Below are positions 46,525 to 55,794 of a stretch of DNA of 60,700 nt, piece by piece (positions within the stretch are counted from its first letter, which is position 1; every line of letters begins with the position of its first letter). Origin of the DNA: Clostridia bacterium (lineage in GTDB: Bacteria; Bacillota; Clostridia; DUPQ01); NCBI GenBank assembly GCA_016935835.1, contig JAFGQE010000025.1, forward strand, positions 1 through 60,700, written 5' to 3'. The notes below the pieces were generated by a model, which was not told where the DNA came from, made no database searches, and saw only the letters and a list, made by a program, of their open reading frames with translations. The translations under genes and the position numbers were made by a program.

Positions 46525-47637
46525 TTGCAAAGAATAGAATTCGGAAAAACAGGGATAAAAACCGCAAGGTTCGGACTGGGTTGCATGAGGTTTCCGGGGG
46601 AGCAGAAAAAGGTTGATGAGATAATCCGTCATGCCCTGGACCATGGCATCAGTTACCTTGACACGGCATACATATACGATGGTAATGAGATCAAGGTGGG
46701 AAAGGCGCTGAAGGGCGGCTACCGCGATAAGGCTGTACTTGCAACAAAGAGCCCGGTCTGGGACATAAGGTCCCATGGTGATTTTGAGAAATATCTCGAC
46801 GAGGAGCTGAAAAGGCTTGGAACCGACCGTGTGGACATTTACCTGATGCACAGCCTCAACCCGGATAATTTCAAAAAGATCGTGGAAAACGATTGTTTTT
46901 CATTCCTTGACCGGATGGTGGAAAAGGGAAAGATACTCCACCGGGGATTTTCCTTCCACGGCACCAATGCTCTTTTCAAGGAAATAGTTGATTGCCATGA
47001 CTGGGACATGGCCCAGATCCAGCTGAACATACTGGATGAGTTCGAGCAGGCGGGCCTCGACGGATTGAAATACGCCTATAAAAGGGGTCTGGCCACTGTC
47101 ATAATGGAACCGCTCAGGGGAGGGCACCTCATAAATGATTATCCGGGGGAAATCGATGCATTGATTGGTGGGTACCCGGAGAAAAGATCATTGGTTGAGT
47201 GGGCCTTCAGGTGGCTTTATAATATAAGGGAAGCTGATGTCATATTGAGCGGCGTCAGTACCATGGCGCAACTGAAGCAGAACATTGCCATTTTCGATGA
47301 AGCTGAATATGGATGCATGACATCAGGTGAAATGGAACTGATACATGGGATAAAGACGGCTTATGAAAGCAGGCATGCCGTGGGGTGCACCGGATGCAGG
47401 TATTGCATGCCATGTCCCTTCGGGGTAGAAATCCCGGAAGTATTCAGATACTACAACAAGGTTGCCATGCTTGACAAACACTGGCTGGACAAGTCGACGT
47501 ATCGGAATCTGGTGATGAATGAGGGAAAAGGGGCTGACAAATGCACGGAGTGCGGCCTGTGCGTTCCAAAATGCCCGCAGGGTATAATGATACCGGAACG
47601 ACTGAAGGATGCACAGGCTGTCCTGACTTCGAAATAG
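46525..47637 (+). CDS. Aldo/keto reductase fused to a C-terminal 2x[4Fe-4S] ferredoxin-like domain
   Basis: TTG start 6 nt after AAGGAG. MQRIEFGKTGIKTARFGLGCMRF and YLDTAYIYDGNE (AKR). CTGCRYCMPCP and CTECGLCVPKCP (Fe-S). Confidence 0.85.
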   Translation: MQRIEFGKTGIKTARFGLGCMRFPGEQKKVDEIIRHALDHGISYLDTAYIYDGNEIKVGKALKGGYRDKAVLATKSPVWDIRSHGDFEKYLDEELKRLGTDRVDIYLMHSLNPDNFKKIVENDCFSFLDRMVEKGKILHRGFSFHGTNALFKEIVDCHDWDMAQIQLNILDEFEQAGLDGLKYAYKRGLATVIMEPLRGGHLINDYPGEIDALIGGYPEKRSLVEWAFRWLYNIREADVILSGVSTMAQLKQNIAIFDEAEYGCMTSGEMELIHGIKTAYESRHAVGCTGCRYCMPCPFGVEIPEVFRYYNKVAMLDKHWLDKSTYRNLVMNEGKGADKCTECGLCVPKCPQGIMIPERLKDAQAVLTSK

Positions 47638-47830
47638 TATTGGCGGAGTTACAGATACAGGAATGAATTCATGAAAAACGGATGCGAAGGCCCGGCATTC
47701 CATGCTTTTTATCGCATATATACCGGCAGGAAATCATAAAGAGCATATTGAAATCCCATTGGAAGCGGCTGGTGAATGATGAAACGATGGAATAAGCCGT
47801 CCGGGCACTCAGGGGAGATGAAGACTCGCG

Positions 47831-48637
47831 ATGAAAATAGTTGTGCTTGTAGAAAATAAAACCGAAAACCCGGCGCTGGAAACTCGCAAAGGCCTGAGCC
47901 TGTATATCGAGAAGGGCAACCGCAGGATCCTGTTCGATGCCGGACCCGACGGCAGTTTCATCAGGAACGCCGCAAGACTCGGCGTTGACCTGATGGAAGT
48001 TGATGCGGTTGTGATTTCACACGGTCACGACGACCATGGAGGGGGGCTTGCGGATTTCCTTGAACTGAATAAAAAAGCTTCCGTATATATCCACGAACTG
48101 GCCTTTGGAAATTATGTTGTCAGCAGGGGAGGCGAACGTTATATCGGGCTTGACAAGAAACTCGAATCCAATGACAGGGTTGTCCTGACTTTTGGATGCA
48201 TGGTCATAGGGGAGGGCATTAAAATTGTGACCGCAGGCAATGACGACGGTATAATGGAAGGACAGAATGAAGGGCTTTTCGAAAGGAAAGGCGGTGAAAT
48301 CACAATTGACATGTTCCGCCATGAGCAGAATCTGCTGCTCAGTGAAAACGGCATGCATGTTCTGTTGACCGGTTGCGCCCACAGAGGCATAGCAAGCATC
48401 ATTGAATCCGTTTCCGCAATGGAAAACCTCCCCATGGACCTCGTAATAGGCGGATTCCATTTGAATAAATTCAGCAAGGAAGAGCTTGAACAGCTTGGAA
48501 TTGCCGAAAAACTAAAGGAGCTCGGGGCTTTTTATATAACCGGGCACTGCACCGGCGAAGAGCAGTTCGCTATTCTAAAGGAAACTCTCGGGGACAAAAT
48601 ATCTTATCTGTCAACGGGCAGGGTGATTGAAATATAA
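47831..48637 (+). CDS. MBL-fold metallo-hydrolase
   Basis: VISHGHDDHGGGL is the HxHxDH motif. The overall length is about 270 aa. Confidence 0.8.
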   Translation: MKIVVLVENKTENPALETRKGLSLYIEKGNRRILFDAGPDGSFIRNAARLGVDLMEVDAVVISHGHDDHGGGLADFLELNKKASVYIHELAFGNYVVSRGGERYIGLDKKLESNDRVVLTFGCMVIGEGIKIVTAGNDDGIMEGQNEGLFERKGGEITIDMFRHEQNLLLSENGMHVLLTGCAHRGIASIIESVSAMENLPMDLVIGGFHLNKFSKEELEQLGIAEKLKELGAFYITGHCTGEEQFAILKETLGDKISYLSTGRVIEI

Positions 48638-48657
48638 CTTCCGGGGTCTCAGTATTT

Positions 48658-49512
48658 TCAAGGTACTAACAAGGAAAAATCCCGCCCAAGGCTTTTTCTT
48701 GCTTCCGACGGGGAATTGCCAAAACGTGATTTGAACTGCCGGTTGAAGTTGGAGTAATCGGTATAGCCAGTCAATGCAGATATTTCATTAATGGAAAGCT
48801 GCGTGGTCGCAACTAGCATAAAGGCCTTCTGCAGCCTTGCGTCGCGGAGGTATTTCATCGGGGAAACCTTCATGATGGATTTGAATACGTAATGGAACCT
48901 TGTTTCGGACAGGGACATGATCCCGGCAAGTGTCTTTCTGGAGATTTGCCTGTCAAGATTGTTCCGGATGAAGTCCAGGACGGGGGACAAAGCGTTTATT
49001 CCCGCTATCAATGTATCGATGTCAGCCTTTTCCTCTGATTCCTCCAATATTGCATTCAAAAGGTCCATGGCAAGGCATTTGATTCTGAAAATAGCCTGAA
49101 ATTTTGGAATTCCGTTGTTAAGCCTGTCCGCCAGTTCATCAACGCATTCTGCGATTGAGTTCTGTTTTGTGCAGGCGATGATTCGGGGCACGTCGAAAAA
49201 CGACAGGGCATCGAGGGTGCGGAAAACAGTGAAACTGACATGAAGGCAATTCAAATAACCAGGGTTTTCAAAAATCATCCTGTGGACAAACCCTCCCGGA
49301 ACAACAATGGCTTCGCCGGCCTTTATGCGATACACGCCCTCATCCCTTATTTCACAGGTGTATCCTGCATCGAAGGCGCAGACTATTACGGTATAAGGGA
49401 ATCTTCTCCATTCGGTTTCATGGGGATTAAAGTAGCTCTTGCTAACGCCGCTTACGAACTCAAATGAGATGGTGTCCATTATTGAATCGTATAGTAAAGC
49501 AGATTTGTCCAT
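48658..49512 (-). CDS. AraC-family transcriptional regulator (cupin N-domain + HTH)
   Basis: C-terminal HTH_AraC region LAGIMSLSETRFHYVFK...INEISALTGYTDYSNFNRQFKSRFGNSPSEARK. Confidence 0.9.
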   Translation of the reverse strand: MDKSALLYDSIMDTISFEFVSGVSKSYFNPHETEWRRFPYTVIVCAFDAGYTCEIRDEGVYRIKAGEAIVVPGGFVHRMIFENPGYLNCLHVSFTVFRTLDALSFFDVPRIIACTKQNSIAECVDELADRLNNGIPKFQAIFRIKCLAMDLLNAILEESEEKADIDTLIAGINALSPVLDFIRNNLDRQISRKTLAGIMSLSETRFHYVFKSIMKVSPMKYLRDARLQKAFMLVATTQLSINEISALTGYTDYSNFNRQFKSRFGNSPSEARKSLGRDFSLLVP

Positions 49513-49532
49513 TCATTCCCAATTCCGTTTTT

Positions 49533-49564
49533 CAGTATAAAAAGCCATCAAAACAGTATAAAAA
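49533..49564. promoter_or_regulatory. Two direct CAGTATAAAAA repeats spaced 21 bp in the AraC / URO-D-like divergent spacer (candidate AraC half-sites)
   Basis: cagtataaaaa at 49533-49543 and 49554-49564. The two-helical-turn spacing is typical of AraC-type direct-repeat operators. Confidence 0.4.
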
Positions 49565-49661
49565 CTCATTTATCCAAAATCCAATATGATTTATAGTGAT
49601 TATATACAAGATGGGCATGGCGTGTAAAGCGGATGAAAACCATCGGAAAAGGCGGGGTTCT

Positions 49662-50678
49662 ATGATGAATGGAAAAGAAAACCTCAGAAGGGCGATTGAT
49701 TTCAAGGGGCCCGAGCGGCTTCCCGTGCATATCGAGGTCAACTTTGACTGGCTTTTGGACAAGGATGAGGCGAAGCGGAATGAAATCAGGACGCTTATTG
49801 AAAATATGCCCGTGGATATGATCATCAGGGGATATCATTCACCGGAGGATTCCCCGGTACCCAACGGAACCTGGAAAGACGAATGGAGCGTCGGATGGCT
49901 GGATGACGGGCACGGCGCCCGCGTGACATCGCATCCGCTTATCGACGGGTACCACCTGATGGATGGTTTTGCTTTTCCCGAGGCAGGGGTGGAGTCGTGG
50001 TTCGAAAGGCCAAGGAGCATTTTCAAATTCAATTCCGACAAGTTCTGCGTGGGAACGGTTTGGTTCACGCTGTTTGAAAGATTGTGGATGCTGCGCGGCT
50101 TCAACAACATGCTGATGGACCCATACATCGACCCGGAGAACTTCAGCTATCTACGGGACAAGATCGTGGACTTCAGCCTTGCGCAGATAGACGTATGGAA
50201 GGACAGCAACGCGGACGCCGTATATTTTTCGGACGACTGGGGCAGCCAGAGGGCGCTGCTGATGAATCCCGACGACTGGAGGGAAGTCTACAAGCCCTCT
50301 TATGAAAAACTTTTCAGGAGAATACGGGACAACGGCATGAAGGTGTTCATGCACCTTTGCGGACATGTCACCGAAATAATACCAGACCTGATGGAAATAG
50401 GACTCAGTGTTTTGAATCCCGTGCAGCCGCAGGCGATGGATGTCAGGGAACTGTCCGAACGGTTCGGAGGGAAGCTTTGCTTCTATGGCGGCGTCGACAT
50501 CCAGGGTACGATGGTCCACGGAAGCCCTGAGGACGTAAGGGAGGAAGTAAGGCGTCTGGTGGATCTGTTCGGGAGCTTCAACGGGGGATATATATGCAGC
50601 ACAAGCCATTCCATAATGCCCGAGACGCCTCTTGATAATATAATCGCCTTGTTCGGGGCGTTGAAGGAGTATCAATAG
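49662..50678 (+). CDS. Uroporphyrinogen-decarboxylase-family (URO-D/MtaA-like) protein
   Basis: MMNGKENLRRAIDFKGPERLP..., SDDWGSQRALLMNP..., FMHLCGHV..., LNPVQPQAMD..., GGVDIQ pattern of URO-D-like proteins. Start chosen after GGCGGGG. Confidence 0.75.
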   Translation: MMNGKENLRRAIDFKGPERLPVHIEVNFDWLLDKDEAKRNEIRTLIENMPVDMIIRGYHSPEDSPVPNGTWKDEWSVGWLDDGHGARVTSHPLIDGYHLMDGFAFPEAGVESWFERPRSIFKFNSDKFCVGTVWFTLFERLWMLRGFNNMLMDPYIDPENFSYLRDKIVDFSLAQIDVWKDSNADAVYFSDDWGSQRALLMNPDDWREVYKPSYEKLFRRIRDNGMKVFMHLCGHVTEIIPDLMEIGLSVLNPVQPQAMDVRELSERFGGKLCFYGGVDIQGTMVHGSPEDVREEVRRLVDLFGSFNGGYICSTSHSIMPETPLDNIIALFGALKEYQ

Positions 50679-51047
50679 AACCGGGAAGTGCTTGATAAAG
50701 GCCGGTGATATTCCAAGAAAATAAGTTGTCCCGTCATTGTCTGCGGCAGGACATATATTTGAAATAGTAAAAAACCACCAAAATGTAAGCGTATTTCTGA
50801 AATAAGCCAATATATTAGAGTATTTATGATTACTTAATTGTCTTTCATTTATGGCTGGTATTTAATTGAAAACATTATGTCGTTCATGCCACAATGGTAT
50901 TATTTGTGCGGGAACAACCTTTGTTTTCTGTCTTGCAGCCATTATGCCGGATTGTACTTCCGTGTCGTTCCTCAGCTATAAACATGGGTCCTTCCGGTAC
51001 GACACTTTCGTACATCCTACAGACTTTTATATGTTGTTCATCCCGCA

Positions 51048-51083
51048 GTGAAACGGACTCTCATAAATGAGAGTCCGTTTCAC
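51048..51083 (-). terminator. 16-bp perfect hairpin immediately downstream of the tRNA pair
   Basis: gtgaaacggactctca / taaa / tgagagtccgtttcac. It ends 1 nt from the encoded CCA of tRNA-fMet. Confidence 0.6.
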
Positions 51084-51084
51084 T

Positions 51085-51160
<76 letters not shown>

Positions 51161-51168
51161 TCGTCATG

Positions 51169-51257
51169 TGGTGCCGGAGACCGGAATCGAACCGGTACGA
51201 TCGGTTAGGACCGCGGGATTTTAAGTCCCGTGCGTCTGCCAGTTCCGCCACTCCGGC
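51169..51257 (-). tRNA. tRNA-Leu (anticodon TAA), long variable arm
   Basis: Minus-strand read: gccggagtggcggaactggcagacgcacgggacttaaaatcccgcggtcctaaccgatcgtaccggttcgattccggtctccggcacca. The anticodon loop is cTTAAaa. Type-II variable arm and encoded CCA. Confidence 0.93.
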
Positions 51258-51281
51258 CAGTTTTCCCTGAGCGGCTTTACC

Positions 51282-51310
51282 ATTATAATATATGACTCCG
51301 GTTATGTCAA
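51282..51310 (-). promoter_or_regulatory. Consensus SigA promoter TTGACA-17 nt-TATAAT driving tRNA-Leu/tRNA-fMet
   Basis: Minus strand: ttgaca (complement of 51305-51310), 17-nt spacer, tataat (complement of 51282-51287). It lies about 25 nt upstream of the tRNA-Leu 5' end. Confidence 0.8.
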
Positions 51311-51377
51311 ACTTAACTTCCGGCGGCCTCTGAAGGGTCTTTGCGGCAGGATTTTATGTTCTGATGAAAGGGCATTT

Positions 51378-51887
51378 TCACTTGCGTTTGATATTGGAAT
51401 GTCCGTCCGGGCTTGACGCCGGAATCGATTCGATTTTCTCGTATTTCCACTTCCTTTTCAGGAAAATGAAGAAGTACACGGCTCCGGCGATGAGTCCGCA
51501 GATAAGTGCGGAATACAGGTCCCGGGGGTCGAAAAACTCATTTCCCGGAAGGGCCAGGAGTTCATATGCCATGACGAGGGTTGTTGCAACGCCCACATAA
51601 ATCATGTCGGACAGCTTGTCGCGCCCCTGCAGCAGCAGGATGAAAAAAACTGCCGTGAAGGTGCCGAAGCTGGTTCCAAGCGTATCGGCGATATGGAAAT
51701 CAGAAATACTGTTTTCATATATGAAGGGCCGGTAAAAGGAGCGCCCCGCCTCGGTTATGAAAAAGGAAACGGCAAACAAAAGAAGAAGGGCTTTTTTCTT
51801 CTTTGTGAAATTGGTCTGCTTGCTGAGTATGATGTAAATCATAAAGCATATTATGGGCAGAAGTATGAAGGGGCCGAAGGTATCCAT
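51378..51887 (-). CDS. Hypothetical polytopic membrane protein (about 169 aa)
   Basis: Start at MDTFGPFILLPIICFMIYIIL, followed by 4-5 hydrophobic segments. No family recognised. The N-terminal 50 codons of ORF 51378..52037 look non-coding. Confidence 0.55.
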   Translation of the reverse strand: MDTFGPFILLPIICFMIYIILSKQTNFTKKKKALLLLFAVSFFITEAGRSFYRPFIYENSISDFHIADTLGTSFGTFTAVFFILLLQGRDKLSDMIYVGVATTLVMAYELLALPGNEFFDPRDLYSALICGLIAGAVYFFIFLKRKWKYEKIESIPASSPDGHSNIKRK

Positions 51888-52132
51888 GGTTGGGCGTCCT
51901 TTCAGTTGATAAGTGAATTCTAACACAAAAGGTGCCGCATTGCATCGTGGGATGAGTGCACGGACCATAGCTTTGTATAGATTCGCCGGATGATAAAGCC
52001 CGGTGACATTTAGCGATGATATATGTATGTTTCGCACACCATGTTCGGCCGTATGGCATAAATATGATATAATTCGAAATGTTCCGGCAGGAAACCAGCC
52101 AATCGGTTTTATAAGCCCGGGATAAGAAAGAG

Positions 52133-53104
52133 GTGAAATGTTTGAAGAATAAATTGATGAAGCTCGGACCCATCACGCTTATCGTGGCTGTCCTTTTGAT
52201 ATGGCTGGCGACAGGATTGTACACAGTCAAATCCGAGGGTGGCGAGGCGGCGGTCGTGCTGAGGTTCGGAAATCACGTCGACACGGTATATGACGCGGGA
52301 CTCCACTGGCACCTGCCCTCGCCGATAGAGACGATTGAAAAGGAAAAACTAAAGGAGATAAGAATCATTGAACTAGGATTCAGGACCACCAGGACAGGCA
52401 GCCAGACGGAATATTCCGAATATATTTCGGTTCCCGACGAAGCCAGGATGCTGACGCAGGACGAAAATCTGGTTGACGTTGAAACGGTTATACAATACGA
52501 AATAACCGACATCGAGGCCTATATATTCAATGTGGACGACCAGGTCAGCACTCTGACCATATCAGCTGAATCGGCAATCAGAAGGGTTGTGGCGAGCCAT
52601 ACCCTCGATGAAGTCCTTACCGACAACAAGTCGACGGTCCAGAGCGAGATCCTGGTTGACCTGCAGGGCATATGCGACATATATGAACTGGGCGTAAGGA
52701 TTAATAATGTCGTGCTTCAGGATGTAGAGGCCCCTTCCGACGTGGATGCGGCTTTCAAGGATGTCGCCAATGCCAGGGAAGACAAGGCGAGCTACATCAA
52801 CGAAGCCGAGACTTACAAGAACGAGGTTCTTCCCCAGGCAAGGGGCAACGCCGCTGAAATGATCAACCAGGCCGAGGCGTACAAGGCGAAGAGGATAGCC
52901 GAGGCCAAGGGCGACGTCGCCAATTTCCTGCAGGTTCTCGAAAAGTATGAACTCGGGCAGGAAGTGACGCGCGTCAGGATGTATATAGAGACAATGGAGG
53001 CGATATTGCCCGGAATGACCAAGTACATAGTCTCATCGGATGACGGAACCATAAAATTCCTTCCTCTTGAACAATCGCAGATACTTGAAGGAGGTGGGCA
53101 ATAA
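52133..53104 (+). CDS. hflK: SPFH-domain protein HflK
   Basis: A single N-terminal TM, then VVLRFGNHVDTVYDAGLHWHLPSPIETIEK and the Band-7 core. The C-terminal QAEAYKAKRIAEAKGDVANF block is typical of HflK. The start codon is uncertain (GTG 52133 or ATG 52157). Confidence 0.82.
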   Translation: MKCLKNKLMKLGPITLIVAVLLIWLATGLYTVKSEGGEAAVVLRFGNHVDTVYDAGLHWHLPSPIETIEKEKLKEIRIIELGFRTTRTGSQTEYSEYISVPDEARMLTQDENLVDVETVIQYEITDIEAYIFNVDDQVSTLTISAESAIRRVVASHTLDEVLTDNKSTVQSEILVDLQGICDIYELGVRINNVVLQDVEAPSDVDAAFKDVANAREDKASYINEAETYKNEVLPQARGNAAEMINQAEAYKAKRIAEAKGDVANFLQVLEKYELGQEVTRVRMYIETMEAILPGMTKYIVSSDDGTIKFLPLEQSQILEGGGQ

Positions 53105-54147
53105 TGAATGAATTTACAAACCAAACGCAATACAAGAACATAAAGTCAAGCAAGACGGTGAAATCCGTGGTCGCGGTTCTGGTATCAATCATAGTATTTG
53201 TCATTCTTTTCAGCCTCTGCACCTTCAGGGTTGACGAGAGGGAGCAGGTCGTCGTGAAGCAGTTCAACGAAGTCGTGCGCGTGGTCATTGATAAAGAAAC
53301 GGACGAGATGCGCGATGCAAGGCTTGCCAACCCGAACCTTGACAATGTCAGGGTCACCGAAGGCAGGAAAGGCTTGTTCCTGAAGATCCCGTTCATCCAG
53401 ACGACGGAAACCTACACGAACCAGCTGCTCACATACGACACAGTGCCCAGGGAAGTCATAACGCAGGACAAAAAGAAACTGGTCCTGGACAATTTCGCCC
53501 AATGGAGGATAGTAAACGCAGCGCTCTTCGTGTCGACGATCAACAACGAATCGAAGGCGCACCAGCGCCTGGATGAACTTGTATATTCCAAGCTGAACGA
53601 GGAAATAGGCAAGATAACGGCGCATGTCATGATATCCGACAAGGAATATGTAAGCGGGATGCTCGCAAAGATCCTTGGCGATACCAACGCCCAGTTGAAG
53701 ACATATGGAATCGAAGTCGTGGATATAAGGATAAAGAGGACCGACCTGCCGGAGGAGAACTACGAGAATGTCTACAACAGGATGAGGACCGAAAGGGAAC
53801 GCGCTGCGAAGACATATAGGTCCGAGGGGCTTGAGGAAGCCCAGAAGATAAGGTCGACCGCAGAGAAGGAAGCGACGATCATTGAAGCCAACGCCTACGA
53901 GGAAGCTGAAACCGTAAAGGGCGAGGGCGACGCCGAGGCCCTGAAGATATACGCCGACGCATATAATAAGGATCCCGAGTTCTACGCCTTCTATAGAAGC
54001 CTCCAGGCATACAAGGAAACATTGGGAAGCGGTACTACGATAGTGCTTGACCCGGAAACGGAATTCCTGAAATATCTGTTCAACCCTTCTCTGATAACAA
54101 CGGAGGTCCCGGAGGTTCAGGAGACTCCGCAAGTCCCGGCCGAATAA
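53104..54147 (+). CDS. hflC: SPFH-domain protein HflC
   Basis: N-terminal TM, VDEREQVVVKQFNEV..., IEVVDIRIKRTDLPEE..., RMRTERERAAKTYRSEGLEEAQKIRS. Its start codon overlaps the hflK stop by one base (TAATG). Confidence 0.82.
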   Translation: MNEFTNQTQYKNIKSSKTVKSVVAVLVSIIVFVILFSLCTFRVDEREQVVVKQFNEVVRVVIDKETDEMRDARLANPNLDNVRVTEGRKGLFLKIPFIQTTETYTNQLLTYDTVPREVITQDKKKLVLDNFAQWRIVNAALFVSTINNESKAHQRLDELVYSKLNEEIGKITAHVMISDKEYVSGMLAKILGDTNAQLKTYGIEVVDIRIKRTDLPEENYENVYNRMRTERERAAKTYRSEGLEEAQKIRSTAEKEATIIEANAYEEAETVKGEGDAEALKIYADAYNKDPEFYAFYRSLQAYKETLGSGTTIVLDPETEFLKYLFNPSLITTEVPEVQETPQVPAE

Positions 54148-54162
54148 CAAAACGATGAATCG

Positions 54163-54190
54163 AAAGCCCGCGCAGCGCGCGGGCTTTTTT
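54163..54190 (+). terminator. Rho-independent terminator after hflC
   Basis: aaagcccgcgc / agc / gcgcgggc followed by tttttt. Confidence 0.85.
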
Positions 54191-54289
54191 CTTGGCCTCT
54201 TTTTATATGGTCTTTTCAAGGTGACATTATCCCTGACGGGTTATGATATGACATTATCGCCGGCGAACGACAACGGCTGTCCGGACTTG

Positions 54290-54318
54290 TTGACTATTGG
54301 TACCCCTGCATATATAAT
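54290..54318 (+). promoter_or_regulatory. Near-consensus promoter TTGACT-17 nt-TATAAT for secDF
   Basis: ttgact at 54290-54295, 17-nt spacer, tataat at 54313-54318. It is about 95 nt upstream of ATG 54415. Confidence 0.65.
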
Positions 54319-54414
54319 ATTTTAGTGTTTATTTGGAGCATCGGATGCTCTTTTATATTCCAAAAAGAGCGGATACATTGATTGTGAATGTCCGCATGGA
54401 GGGAGACAACAAGG

Positions 54415-55794
54415 ATGGCTAACAAGTCCAGGGAAAATAACAGAATGAAGTATTACTCGGTTCCCCAGAAAGAGCCGAAAATCAAGCCCGGGACCAAACT
54501 GTGGATCAAGTTTACGGTCTCGTTTCTGGTTATCTTATTCTTCGTATTGATAATTCTTACCGGTGCGCCGGGAATCGGGGTGTCAAAGGTATCCGAGGTG
54601 AGGACGGGCATCGACATCAGGGGAGGCGTTTCGGCAACCCTGTATCCGGATGTGGAAGACATTGGCAAGGTTACCGACGACCAGCTGCTGACCATCAAGA
54701 CCATACTGGAGAAAAGAATTGAAGCCAAGGGCACCTTCGACTACAACATGAGCCCCGATTATGAGAACAAGAGGCTTTTGCTTGAAATACCGTATTCAAG
54801 CGGCGACGATACCAATCCGCAGAAGGTTATCGACGACCTGGGGGAAATGGCCTTGCTTACCTTCAGGGAAGTAGACCCGGATAAATATATAGTGAACGAT
54901 GAAACCGGAAAGATCGAATATCTGCCGACCGACAGAATCGCGATCCAGGGTGCTGACATCGAAACAGCACAGGCGGTATATTACCAGAATAAACCTATCA
55001 TCCAGCTTAAGTTCACGAAAGAGGGGACCGAGAAATTCTCCGAGGCCACAAAACGGCTTCAGGGGGAAATGCTTGCGATATATCTGGACGACCAGTTCAT
55101 AAGCGCCCCTGTCGTGAATGACTGGATAAGCTCCGGTGAAGCGGTGATCGAAGGAAGTTTTACGCCGGATGAGGCGATTGACATTGCAAACAAGCTTCAG
55201 TACGGAGCCCTGCCTTTTGCGATGACCGCAAAAGAGATTAATTCAATAACGCCTATTCTGGGTGAAAGCGCCCTGAATGTTACTTTGAAAGCCGCATTGG
55301 TGGCGTTCATTCTTGTTGTTCTGTTCATGATCATAAGGTACAGGCTCCCGGGTTTTGTCGCCGCCGTTGCGCTCGTCGGGCTGGTTGCCAGCGAGATATT
55401 CTGGATATCGGCCTTCAATGCGTCAATAACGCTTCCTGGAATCGCAGGTATCATACTGACCATCGGAATGGGCGTTGACGCCAATGTAATCATTTACGAG
55501 CGAATCAAGGAAGAGCTCAGAAGGGGCATAGTTCTGCAAGAGGCAATTGAAATCGGCTTCAAGCAGGCTTTTTCAGCAATATTCGACGCGAACATAACGA
55601 CGCTGATTTCGGGCGGAGCCCTGTATATCGTGGGCAGCGGTCCGATCAAAGGGTTTGCACTTACGCTAATCATCGGCGTAATCATGAGCTTCTTCATGGC
55701 CATAGTGATTGTCAAGCACCTGATTAAGGCGCTGGCTACAGTTAAAGCGTTCAGCAACATCCGTATGTACGGCGTGAAGGAGGTGGCGAAATGA
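54415..55794 (+). CDS. secD: Protein translocase subunit SecD
   Basis: N-terminal TM, large periplasmic-type domain (GIDIRGGVS...), and a C-terminal 5-TM bundle with GIAGIILTIGMGVDANVIIYERIKEE. GGAGGGAG RBS before ATG 54415. Confidence 0.92.
   Translation: MANKSRENNRMKYYSVPQKEPKIKPGTKLWIKFTVSFLVILFFVLIILTGAPGIGVSKVSEVRTGIDIRGGVSATLYPDVEDIGKVTDDQLLTIKTILEKRIEAKGTFDYNMSPDYENKRLLLEIPYSSGDDTNPQKVIDDLGEMALLTFREVDPDKYIVNDETGKIEYLPTDRIAIQGADIETAQAVYYQNKPIIQLKFTKEGTEKFSEATKRLQGEMLAIYLDDQFISAPVVNDWISSGEAVIEGSFTPDEAIDIANKLQYGALPFAMTAKEINSITPILGESALNVTLKAALVAFILVVLFMIIRYRLPGFVAAVALVGLVASEIFWISAFNASITLPGIAGIILTIGMGVDANVIIYERIKEELRRGIVLQEAIEIGFKQAFSAIFDANITTLISGGALYIVGSGPIKGFALTLIIGVIMSFFMAIVIVKHLIKALATVKAFSNIRMYGVKEVAK

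Noticed and set aside
47672-47830. Mini-ORFs upstream of the MBL-fold gene (for example MKNGCEGPAFHAFYRIYTGRKS) as possible leader peptides.
   Set aside because: They have weak or absent RBS and no associated terminator/antiterminator structure. They are indistinguishable from random short ORFs.
50866-51051. A 61-aa ORF in the AT-rich spacer next to the tRNAs, and ORF 51067..51270 (67 aa).
   Set aside because: The first has a TTG start, no RBS and a Cys/Phe-rich nonsense-like sequence. The second is simply the antisense strand of the two tRNA genes.
54336-54395. Overlapping small hairpins in the secD leader that could look like an attenuator: gagca/tgctc + TTTTAT, gctctttt/aaaagagc and gcgga/tccgc.
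   Set aside because: The stems are only 5-8 bp and AT-rich, and the terminator-like one has a 5-bp stem. Without conservation or energy calculations this is not distinguishable from chance.
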